NCBI GenBank assembly: GCA_018238625.1
Contig: JABCSY010000047.1
Span: 1-31,436, forward strand
Origin: Promethearchaeota archaeon
Lineage (GTDB): Archaea; Asgardarchaeota; Lokiarchaeia; Sigyniarchaeales; SOKP01
Length of the DNA: 31,436 nucleotides
Direction: 5' to 3'
In this document: one piece after another, positions 1-8,679 of the stretch
How the letters are laid out: each line of letters starts with the position of its first letter
Numbering within the stretch: position 1 is the first letter of the stretch
Notes under the pieces: model-generated
Databases searched by the model: none
The model's input: the letters and a program-made list of their open reading frames with translations, nothing else
What the model was told of the DNA's origin: nothing
Position numbers and translations under genes: made by a program

Positions 1-823
1 CGCCGATATCTTGATTGAATGCTGATGCCCCACAGAACATCTCACCCATAGTAGTGACACTCGAGACATCCCACCCGCCGATATCTTGGTTGAAGGCAAA
101 TGCATCAAAGAACATCGAGCCCATATTGGTCACAGCAGACACATCCCACCCTCCGATATCGTGGTTGAAGGTCGATGCTCCATAGAACATACCATCCATA
201 TTAGTGACATTCGAGACATCCCACCCGCCGATATTTTGGTTGAAGGTAGATGCATGAGCGAACATACCATCCATACGAGTGACACTCGAGACATCCCAGC
301 CGCCGATATCTTGATTAAAGGAACCCGCAGAAAAGAACATACTCCACATATGGGCCACAGCGGACACATCCCACCCGCCGATATCTTGATTAAAGGAAAC
401 CGCACAATCGAACATATACCCCATATGGGTCACAGCGGACACATCCCACCCGCCGATATCTTGATCGAAGGCAAATGCAGAAAAGAACATCGAGTCCATA
501 TTGGTCACAGCAGACACATCCCACCCGCCAATATTTTGATTAAAAGAATTCGCAAAATAGAACATAAAACTCATATCTATGACACTTGACACATCCCACC
601 CGCCGATATCTTGATTAAAGGAATACGCATAAGCGAATATCCATCTCATATCGGTCACAGCGGACACATCCCACCCGCCGATATATTGGTTGAAAGCAAC
701 AGCATCCTGAAAAATCCATGCCATATTGGTTACTCTGGACACATCCCACCCGCCGATATCTTGATCGAAGGCAGATGCATAAAAGAACATCCAATCCATA
801 CGGGTTACTCTGGACACATCCCA
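1..823 (-). repeat. About 11 tandem 75-bp coding repeats (25 aa, DUF285-type)
   Basis: The core gacacatcccacccgccgatatc recurs with an exact 75-bp period; each unit encodes WDVSxVTxMxxMFxxAxxFNQDIGG on the minus strand. Confidence 0.95.
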
Positions 824-3043
824 GTCATTCATGCCTTCTACCTCAGCAATACTGGAGCAGCCCCTAAAGGCAGAAGCTAAACTCGTGGTTCCTGTTAAGT
901 TCAACATATCACTAGCTGTGATGTCAAGGTTAGCACACCCATAAAAATACCCTCCGGAATTTCCCAATCGTAAGTTCCCCCATTGCTGGATTTCAAGCAA
1001 CTTCTCTTTATCCCCTCCATTATTAAAGCTCCAGCCTATGAGAGTTCCGGTGATATTGATGGTATACACACCTTCTGAATCATATGTGTGAGTTACTTCA
1101 ACTTGATTCCAGCTTGTAATAGTATTGGTTGTCCCATCACCCCAATCAACTAGAAACGAATATGTTCCACCCGATTCCAACGGTAATGTAACTTGATTGC
1201 TTCCGCTAGACCCGGGTAATGTTGTATTCCATACAGATAAAAACGGATCATCATCAAATACGGTAACTAAGTCAGTAACAACATTATTTTCCACATAAGG
1301 TTCGCCGGGTACTGGTGTAGCATCGGCAGTGAAGTTATAGGTACCCGCAACTGTGGGAGTCCAAGTGTAGTTTATGGTTACGCTTTCTCCGACAAGAAGA
1401 TCTTGAATAGTGGTTGAATTAACGATCACACCATCAAGTAACAAGGCAAAGTCAACATTAGTTTCGTCGTTAAGCCCCCTATTGGTGACAGTGGCATTAA
1501 TCACTTGTGGTGACGCGATCTCAGGATAAGTTGGAGTTTCCAAGGTCGCGGATAAATCGTGATCCAATGGAGAAAAATGATTTTCGACATATCCAGGGGT
1601 AGTTTTAGGAACATCTTGTGATTCGGGTGTAATTTCTTCCAAACTTCCATCAATATATCTCTCGATCAGAAAAGAAGAAATGGTTCCGGCCGTGTTCGAT
1701 GTTCCAAGTTCCAAATAAAAATTTACTATATTATTGGCAATATATTCTGATTGGAATTCTGAGATATCCAAAGCCATAAACGAAGGAAATAGAGCAGTTG
1801 TATGTTCTTCATACTCAGGATTAAGTGTATTTAAAGGTGAACCATACGGTCCAACTCCCAAGGTGACTATATCATTCATCCTAGTGGGACAAGTACTAAA
1901 TTCCCAAGTGGCAACCAAACTCGGATGATAATCAATTCTATCATCATAATATCCTATTTGGATATAATTATCCCCAAGGGCTCCAATTTCTTTTAGTGTT
2001 TCGTAGGTCAGCCAGTAAAAACCGTCATCGGCCCAGCTATCTCCCCACGAATTTACGACTCTAAACGCTCCAACGTCACCATCCTCCGCTATAATATCAT
2101 CGAACCCAACAATGCATTGAGCGTGGTTGATTGTATTAGAAGAATATTCTTCAGAAGATAGAATATAATTATCAGTTAATCCCGGATTATATTCATTTGC
2201 ATCGATATTAAATGTCACTGGAGTTCCCCCCTCGACAAGATTTTTAATTGTGGTGATCGTCGGATCTCCCAAGTAGGAGAGCCAATTAAATTGGAGGGGT
2301 CTATGGAGTGGTGCTTCTCTCCATGCAGATTCATCACCCCAATTAGTGTAATCAGTGTCTGTATATGGTATTGTTTCCCAAGTGGCTGCGCCCCACTCTT
2401 CTAAAAGAAGCCCCGTCTCAATATGGTGAGTACCTGACCCCTCATCGGTGAGTTTATTATAGGACCAAGCTGGACTCAGCAGATAAGCATTATTTCCAGA
2501 ACTCGCATCCCACCCGTAATCTTTTGCTTCTAAATAACCCATTGAATAATAAACGCTTGCCCAAGAGGTGCAAGATCCTTGGCTACCTTGACTTCTTACA
2601 GGGGGGAAATATATTTCTGAAGAAAAATCATAAGATCCTTTCGAATCTACAGGATTTTTGGGGTCTTTAATCACATTCAAAATCATAATTTGCCCAATCG
2701 TTTTTTCCAACGCCTCTTCTGTTAGGGATTCAGCCCCAGTGCCCATCCCATTGATGATTTGGTCAAGATTTTTAGAGGAATCTGTGATTCTAATTTGTTT
2801 TTTCATTAATTCCACTTTCTCTTTTGTTATAAACTCAGCAAAATATTTCAAACCATTTTTAGTATAGGTAAAAATTCCATCATTTCCAACATTATTGGAT
2901 AGAGTAGATTCTTCAGAGGTAGGATCATTATCATAAAGATTCGTGATAAATAAACTTAGATTAAGAATTGAAATAATTCCTGTTAGTAATGTTAGTAATA
3001 TTAATATTTTTAACTTCTTTTTATCTTTAAACAACATTTTCAT
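1..3043 (-). CDS. Secreted/surface C1A (papain-family) cysteine peptidase with CARDB/Ig-like, PKD-like and DUF285 (BspA-like LRR) repeat domains; 3' end lies outside the window
   Basis: Manually translated from ATG at 3043 ([22 protein letters not shown]...); the frame is consistent through position 2 (>1014 aa). It is absent from the ORF track because no stop lies in the window. Papain motifs: [11 protein letters not shown] (Cys 2570-2572), [11 protein letters not shown] (His 2123-2125), [13 protein letters not shown] (Asn 2051-2053). These are followed by CARDB-like (INATVTNRG...[13 protein letters not shown]), PKD-like (VDWGDG...THTY) and [16 protein letters not shown] repeats. Confidence 0.93.
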   Translation of the reverse strand, partial: MKMLFKDKKKLKILILLTLLTGIISILNLSLFITNLYDNDPTSEESTLSNNVGNDGIFTYTKNGLKYFAEFITKEKVELMKKQIRITDSSKNLDQIINGMGTGAESLTEEALEKTIGQIMILNVIKDPKNPVDSKGSYDFSSEIYFPPVRSQGSQGSCTSWASVYYSMGYLEAKDYGWDASSGNNAYLLSPAWSYNKLTDEGSGTHHIETGLLLEEWGAATWETIPYTDTDYTNWGDESAWREAPLHRPLQFNWLSYLGDPTITTIKNLVEGGTPVTFNIDANEYNPGLTDNYILSSEEYSSNTINHAQCIVGFDDIIAEDGDVGAFRVVNSWGDSWADDGFYWLTYETLKEIGALGDNYIQIGYYDDRIDYHPSLVATWEFSTCPTRMNDIVTLGVGPYGSPLNTLNPEYEEHTTALFPSFMALDISEFQSEYIANNIVNFYLELGTSNTAGTISSFLIERYIDGSLEEITPESQDVPKTTPGYVENHFSPLDHDLSATLETPTYPEIASPQVINATVTNRGLNDETNVDFALLLDGVIVNSTTIQDLLVGESVTINYTWTPTVAGTYNFTADATPVPGEPYVENNVVTDLVTVFDDDPFLSVWNTTLPGSSGSNQVTLPLESGGTYSFLVDWGDGTTNTITSWNQVEVTHTYDSEGVYTINITGTLIGWSFNNGGDKEKLLEIQQWGNLRLGNSGGYFYGCANLDITASDMLNLTGTTSLASAFRGCSSIAEVEGMNDWDVSRVTRMDWMFFYASAFDQDIGGWDVSRVTNMAWIFQDAVAFNQYIGGWDVSAVTDMRWIFAYAYSFNQDIGGWDVSSVIDMSFMFYFANSFNQNIGGWDVSAVTNMDSMFFSAFAFDQDIGGWDVSAVTHMGYMFDCAVSFNQDIGGWDVSAVAHMWSMFFSAGSFNQDIGGWDVSSVTRMDGMFAHASTFNQNIGGWDVSNVTNMDGMFYGASTFNHDIGGWDVSAVTNMGSMFFDAFAFNQDIGGWDVSSVTTMGEMFCGASAFNQDIG

Positions 3044-3745
3044 AGTTCGCCTTATTATGATTTATTTATTTTTAATCAATTCAAGATAGATTGTCTTTAT
3101 TTATAAAATATACACTTTTGGAAAATGAGAGATAAAAATGTTAAATTATTCTTTAAATCATGATTTCTTAAATTCCGATAACAGATTCACCGAATTTTGC
3201 GAAATATAGTATATTTTTGTTCAAAATTCAAAATTGACTATTGCTAAATAGAGATACTTCGCTTCAAGGGTATCTTTCTCCTTTTTCAGTTGTTCTATCT
3301 CATTTTTAAAGGCGTAGTCCTTTTCTTGGAGTTCCGAGTCTTTAGCTTTTAATTGGACCACTTGACTCTTAATAACGCGCTCCAACTTTTTCCTTTTTTG
3401 TCTGAACATGCAATGCCAGAGAGTGGGTATTCCGACGACGAGAATTGAGAATAAGTGCCATAGACCCATATTATAACGAAGGCACTAGAAGATATAAATG
3501 TTATGGTTAGAAAAAGATAATTAAGGATCAAAAAACTTAGTATTTACAAAGATTTAAATAATAATCTGACAAAATTAAAAACAATTGTCCAAAATCAAAA
3601 TTCTAAGATAAATATGAAAAATGTCCATAAAATAAAAAATAAAAAAAAGTTAAGAATTTTAATATTATTAGCATTAGTTATTTTTAATCTAAACACTTTT
3701 ATCCTTAATCTCTATGATAATAATCCAACCTCTAAAGAATCTACT
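2903..3745. repeat. Imperfect inverted repeat formed by the homologous 5' ends of the two divergent surface-protein genes (2903-3025 vs 3638-3745)
   Basis: [10 protein letters not shown]...[13 protein letters not shown] vs KKKLRILILL...NLYDNNPTSKEST; 53/66 nt identical in the core and 35/39 in the last block by manual alignment. Confidence 0.85.
3221..3469 (-). CDS. Small hypothetical protein (hydrophobic N-terminus plus short coiled coil)
   Basis: 82-aa ORF: hydrophobic stretch, RQKRKK, then a K/E-rich heptad-like region; no recognised family. Confidence 0.4.
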   Translation of the reverse strand: MGLWHLFSILVVGIPTLWHCMFRQKRKKLERVIKSQVVQLKAKDSELQEKDYAFKNEIEQLKKEKDTLEAKYLYLAIVNFEF

Positions 3746-6700
3746 TGGTCTGATAAGAATATTAAAATGAGTACCAACCATGCCCCAATTCATATTAATG
3801 GGTATATTAGTGGGAATTGGTCCGCTGCAAAAGCCGCAGGAATTTGCACAGGTTCAGGAACATATAATGACCCTTATATAATTGAAAATTTTGAAATAGA
3901 TGGGGGAGGGTCGGGAAGTGGTATAATAATTGAAAACTCTGACGTCTATTTTAAAGTCGAGAACTGCACAGTTATCAATTCAGGATCACAATCTAATGAT
4001 GCGGGAATCTATTTATACAACATTGATAATGGACAATTGATTAATAATACCTGCTCAAATAATAATAATTATGGGATACTTTTAGATTGTTATAATAATA
4101 ATAACACTATTTCCGGAAACACCGTAAATAGTAACGCTCTTGTTGGGATATATTTAAATTATTGTAGTAATAATAACACAATTTTTAATAATACATGCTC
4201 AAATAACAGGATTTTCGGTATATATTTATGGTATAGTAATAATAACATAATTTCCGGAAACATCGCAAACAACAATGGTAGTGGGATACATTTAGCTTAT
4301 AGTAATAATAACACTATCTCTAGAAACATCGCAAATAACAATGATCATTATGGGATATATTTATATAATAGTAATAAAAACACTTTGAAAGGAAATTTAA
4401 TGATTGAGTGTGGAGTATATATCCAGGGTTCACTGGTAGAAACCTCTTCGCAAAATATTGATACTACAAATTTAGTGAATGGAAAACCATTATATTATTG
4501 CATCAATGAAACATTTTTAAAATCTAATAATTTTCCGAACGCAGGGCAGCTGATATTAGTTAATTGTAATGATTCATTAATAGTAGACTTAGATATCTCT
4601 AGTGGTTCATTAGGAATCTTATTATCTTATGGTAAAAATAACACAATTTCTAATAATACTTGCTCAAATAACAATTTTGGTGGGATAAAATTATATAATA
4701 GTAATAAGAACACTATTTCGGGAAATACCGTAAATAACAATTATGAGTATGGGATATGTTTAGATCATTATAGTAATAATAATACTATTTCCGGAAATAC
4801 CGCAAACAACAATTATTATGGGATAGAAATAAGTAATAGCGATATTAACACTATTTCCGGAAACACCGGAAACAACAATTCTGGGGGGATACGGTTATAC
4901 TATAGTAATAATAATACTATTTCTGAAAACACCGCAAACAACAATTCTAATGGGATATATTTAACTTATAGTAATAATAACACTATCTCTAGAAACATCG
5001 CAAACATAAATTTAGCTCATAGTAATAATAACACAATATATTTTAATAATCTCGTAAACAATACCAAAAATGTTTATTCTGTGGATTCAACCAATAAATG
5101 GAACTCTCCGGAAAAAATAGCTTACACCTACAGCAACAAAGATTACACGAATTATCTCGGCAATTATTGGGACAATTACACAGGAACTGATACAGATAAT
5201 GATGGAATTGGGGACACTCCCTACATCATTGAAGGAGATGAAAAAGACAATTTTCCATTGATGGAACCTTTTGAGAATTACCTAAAACCTTCAGCAGACA
5301 CTACGGCCCCAGCGGCAATAAATGATCTATCTATAAGCAATCCGACTGAGAATTCGATTACTTTGACATGGACTGCTCCGGGGGATGACGAAAATACAGG
5401 TACAGCTGCAGGTTATGTGGTAAAATACTCTATGTCGAGATCGATAAATGATTCCAACTGGGATTCGGCTACAACCTATGGTCAATCATGGACTCCGCTT
5501 ACTGCAGACAGTATCGAAACACATGTAGTTTCTGAATTTAGTCCCAATACACAATATTGGTTTGCCATCAAAGCCTATGATGAAATTCCAAATTATGGTA
5601 ACATCTCTAACAGCCCGAGCGGAAACACCTTACCATCGGAAGATAGCACTCCACCCGCGGCAGTTACAGATCTGTCTATAATAAATTCAACGAAAACTTC
5701 GATTACCTTATCATGGACGGCACCTGGCGATGATGGGAATATTGGTACATCAACTGGTTATATTATAAAATATTCGACCATAGGAACAATAAATGAATCA
5801 AATTGGGAAGAAATAACAGTTAATATATGGACAAAAGATAATGCGGTTGTTGCAGGTAATACTGAGATTTGTAAGGTTTTATTACTCAATTCTTATACTC
5901 ATTATTGGTTTGCTATAAAAGCCTACGATGAGGTTTTTAACTATGCTAATATTTCAAATAGTCCCAGTGGTAGTACTGTTCCTTGGTGGAGGCAAGATAT
6001 TCAAATAGGAGATATTTTATTACATAGAAGTTCTAATCCTCTGGGATGGGTCTTGAATTGGACTCATGCGGGTATATATGTTGGGAATTATTGTGTTGTA
6101 GAAGCCGAAAAGGATAAGGATGGAGGTATTAGATCTTATAATATATCTGATTGGGATTTTCCAAATGATACATACGTTTCACTGCTTCGCGTTGTATCGG
6201 CTTCGGTTGAGCAAAGAGAGGGTGCAGCCCAATGGGCTCTAGACCAAACAAAGAGGGTGCCCAAACCAAAATATTGGCTTGATTTTACAGGAAAAAGTTA
6301 TGATCCATCCACGGAGTCATGGTATTGTAGTGAGCTTGTGTGGGCGGCGTATATTAATCAACCAACAAACAATTATGTTTGGTGGGGCATTAATATTGAT
6401 ATGGGTGATGAAGGAGATGTTCCTATCACATGGGAACCCGTATCTCCTGATGATATATATAATGATAATGACACAAGAGTCATTAATGGACATTACGAAC
6501 ATTATCCTGAGGTTAAACCTTTTTTAATTATTAAAACTAATTGTCCAGTAGATCTGTTAATAATCGATCCAGATAATCTTCAGAGGGGTAAAGGGATATT
6601 CGAAATTCCAGACGCTTACTATTTAGAATATGATTTTAATCACGATGGTTCCCCTGACGATTTCATTCTTATACCCGACTTGAAAATAGGTAAATATTCA

Positions 6701-7012
6701 ATAACGGTAATTCCTGAATCTGGGGCACTCCCAACAGACACATATTCCCTTATAGTTTTATATGGTAACACAACGATCACATTAGCTCAAAATTTATCAA
6801 TTAACGATATTCCTAACGAACCCTATGTAATCAGATCAACAAGTGAGGGAATTTACTATGAACCACCGCAAAAATATGATGACTCCGTGAAATTATTATG
6901 GATTGATTCCATAATATTGACCATTATCATTACGGCTACTGCCTCCATTTCTGTAATAATTACGGTAATTATTATGAGGAAGAAAAAAAGGAACGATTTA
7001 GAAAAAAAATAG
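3614..7012 (+). CDS. Surface protein: NosD-like right-handed beta-helix, two fibronectin type III domains, permuted papain-like amidase (YiiX/YaeF, peptidase C92-like) and C-terminal TM anchor
   Basis: N-terminal signal/anchor. Many GIyL..SNNNTISGN.ANNN repeats ending in GNYWDNY...DNDGIGDTPY. Two FN3 units (ITLTWTAPGDD...YWFAIKAYDE) start at 5297 and 5642. GDILL...WTHAGIYVG...VVEA (His 6065-6067) precedes WYCSELVWAAY (Cys 6326-6328). Ends in a TM helix plus RKKKR. Confidence 0.9.
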   Translation: MKNVHKIKNKKKLRILILLALVIFNLNTFILNLYDNNPTSKESTWSDKNIKMSTNHAPIHINGYISGNWSAAKAAGICTGSGTYNDPYIIENFEIDGGGSGSGIIIENSDVYFKVENCTVINSGSQSNDAGIYLYNIDNGQLINNTCSNNNNYGILLDCYNNNNTISGNTVNSNALVGIYLNYCSNNNTIFNNTCSNNRIFGIYLWYSNNNIISGNIANNNGSGIHLAYSNNNTISRNIANNNDHYGIYLYNSNKNTLKGNLMIECGVYIQGSLVETSSQNIDTTNLVNGKPLYYCINETFLKSNNFPNAGQLILVNCNDSLIVDLDISSGSLGILLSYGKNNTISNNTCSNNNFGGIKLYNSNKNTISGNTVNNNYEYGICLDHYSNNNTISGNTANNNYYGIEISNSDINTISGNTGNNNSGGIRLYYSNNNTISENTANNNSNGIYLTYSNNNTISRNIANINLAHSNNNTIYFNNLVNNTKNVYSVDSTNKWNSPEKIAYTYSNKDYTNYLGNYWDNYTGTDTDNDGIGDTPYIIEGDEKDNFPLMEPFENYLKPSADTTAPAAINDLSISNPTENSITLTWTAPGDDENTGTAAGYVVKYSMSRSINDSNWDSATTYGQSWTPLTADSIETHVVSEFSPNTQYWFAIKAYDEIPNYGNISNSPSGNTLPSEDSTPPAAVTDLSIINSTKTSITLSWTAPGDDGNIGTSTGYIIKYSTIGTINESNWEEITVNIWTKDNAVVAGNTEICKVLLLNSYTHYWFAIKAYDEVFNYANISNSPSGSTVPWWRQDIQIGDILLHRSSNPLGWVLNWTHAGIYVGNYCVVEAEKDKDGGIRSYNISDWDFPNDTYVSLLRVVSASVEQREGAAQWALDQTKRVPKPKYWLDFTGKSYDPSTESWYCSELVWAAYINQPTNNYVWWGINIDMGDEGDVPITWEPVSPDDIYNDNDTRVINGHYEHYPEVKPFLIIKTNCPVDLLIIDPDNLQRGKGIFEIPDAYYLEYDFNHDGSPDDFILIPDLKIGKYSITVIPESGALPTDTYSLIVLYGNTTITLAQNLSINDIPNEPYVIRSTSEGIYYEPPQKYDDSVKLLWIDSIILTIIITATASISVIITVIIMRKKKRNDLEKK

Positions 7013-7366
7013 TAATAATTACTATTAATGAGATTACTAATTTCAACTTCTTTTTAATTTTAAACGTCATCTTCTATTTTTACGTTATAGTTTTAATTCT
7101 TGGAATATATATTTTTTTTTTCATATATTTTTAAACTAATCTTCATCCGACAAAAATGACACTTAAGGTCTATGGTTTTGTTTATGGTGTTTTTATGGAA
7201 CATAATTGGAGGGATTGTTGTAATGATCGCAATATAAAAAGCAAATTTAAGCCCTTTTAAATTTATTTCCTTTACTAATTCTGATAAAAAACTTTTTATG
7301 CCGAAATTAATTGAAGTACTTATAATATTATACTAACTAAATGAAAGAAGAAAAGTGGAAAAGAAT

Positions 7367-8134
7367 ATGGAAGATATTGTCTTATATGAAAAACAAGGGG
7401 ATATTGGAAAGATAACTCTAAATAAGCCAAAACAAAGGAATACAATAGACATACACGTTCTAAAGAAGTTAATAGGCTACTTCAAACTAAGCGCTGAAAA
7501 TGGCGATATATGCGTTATCTATGCTGCTAACGGGAAACACTTTACTGTTGGTGCGGATTTGAAATATGGCTATGATTTACTTACTAACAAAGAAAGATTG
7601 GCTGAGGCTGTTGAATTTCTTGAATCTTGGCAAATTCTCACTCGAGCAATGTTAGCACATCCGGGGATAATAATTGTTGGATATCACGGTTGGGTAATTG
7701 GGGGCGGTTTTGAGCATACTCTTATATGTGACTTGAAAATTGCCGCAACAGATACACGAATCATGTTGCCAGAAGTAGGAGTTGGACTTTTCTTCTCAAA
7801 CGCGTCCACAAAGTTATTGCCTAGAATTGTCGGGGAAACTCGAGCAAAACAGATTATGCTTCTTGGAAATGAGATCTCTGCCGAAGAAGCTCTAAATATA
7901 GGCTTAGTAAATCAAGTTTGTAAACCAGAAGGTCTAAATCGTATTCTTAAAAAAACTGCGAATATGATAGTTTCAAGAGGCCACCTTGCTCTTCAGTATA
8001 CAAAGAAGTTTATAAATGAAAACCAAGATTTAAGTATTGAATCCGTTTTAGCACGCGAATCAATAGCAATGATTACAACTGGGCAATCTGAAGAACTTAA
8101 AAAAAGACTTGAAAAGTTTGTTAAGAAAGAGTAA
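7367..8134 (+). CDS. Enoyl-CoA hydratase/isomerase (crotonase) family protein
   Basis: ITLNKP..RN, FTVGADL, GWVIGGGFE, DLKIAA...LPEVGVG, AEEALNIGLVNQV motifs. ATG at 7367; GTG at 7355 is an alternative start. Confidence 0.92.
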   Translation: MEDIVLYEKQGDIGKITLNKPKQRNTIDIHVLKKLIGYFKLSAENGDICVIYAANGKHFTVGADLKYGYDLLTNKERLAEAVEFLESWQILTRAMLAHPGIIIVGYHGWVIGGGFEHTLICDLKIAATDTRIMLPEVGVGLFFSNASTKLLPRIVGETRAKQIMLLGNEISAEEALNIGLVNQVCKPEGLNRILKKTANMIVSRGHLALQYTKKFINENQDLSIESVLARESIAMITTGQSEELKKRLEKFVKKE

Positions 8135-8151
8135 TGAACTGTAATTATTGA

Positions 8152-8598
8152 TTAAGAATCTCTGAAAAAATCAGTTATTTTGATTAATTTATTGTTGTTC
8201 ATATCCATAATTAACCTTACAATAATGCCTTTTACAAGGAGTGTATCTTTTGATTTATTGTTTTTATAACAATCCATCACAAAAGTTATAGAAGTGTTTC
8301 CTACTTTTGTAACTCGAGTGTGAATAAGAATTTTATCGCCGAAAGTAGCCGATCTTAAATATTCAATTTCAACCTTTCTAACTGGAAAAACGATCCCTTC
8401 TTTGTGTAACGCGCCACAATCTTTATTAAGCTTTTGCACAAAACTTATGAAGCCATCGTCAAAATAATTCAGATACTTGTTTGAGTGGACAACCTGCATC
8501 AAATCAGTATCATCGACTCTAACTTCAATTTCTTTAAAGTCTTCAATTCCAAGCAGTTTGTCTATTACTACTTTTTCTTTCTCATTAACTTCCTTCAT
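8152..8598 (-). CDS. Acyl-CoA thioesterase (4HBT/YbgC hotdog family)
   Basis: VRVDDTDLMQVVHSNKYLNYFD and VEIEYLRSATFGD...VTKVGNTSITF hotdog motifs. Confidence 0.88.
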   Translation of the reverse strand: MKEVNEKEKVVIDKLLGIEDFKEIEVRVDDTDLMQVVHSNKYLNYFDDGFISFVQKLNKDCGALHKEGIVFPVRKVEIEYLRSATFGDKILIHTRVTKVGNTSITFVMDCYKNNKSKDTLLVKGIIVRLIMDMNNNKLIKITDFFRDS

Positions 8599-8679
8599 AA
8601 TAATTTCATAAATTAGTAACTTAATAACTTAATAATTTTTAAAAAAATTAAAAAAAAAAAATAAACTAAAAGCAAGTAT

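Noticed and set aside
1-823. CRISPR array
   Set aside because: The period is exactly 75 bp, the 'spacers' are mutually homologous, and the whole region is an open reading frame of 25-aa repeats; no cas genes.
1-823. DGR variable/template repeat
   Set aside because: Differences between units are not adenine-specific by eye, and there is no reverse transcriptase in the window.
86-880. Track ORFs 86-589 (+), 611-880 (+) and 130-405 (-)
   Set aside because: Shadow frames of the DUF285 repeat region; the real frame is the long minus-strand ORF starting at 3043.
1734-2867. ORFs 1734-1928 and 2658-2867 (+)
   Set aside because: Antisense to the C1A peptidase gene.
3990-5060. Asn-rich quasi-repeats as a separate repeat element
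   Set aside because: They are the ordinary coils of the NosD-type beta-helix within the CDS.
7156-7260. Tiny ORFs after the NosD gene (e.g. MVLFMVFLWNIIGGIVVMIAI)
   Set aside because: Too short, and hydrophobic peptides arise readily from T-rich DNA; could be a remnant but cannot be supported.
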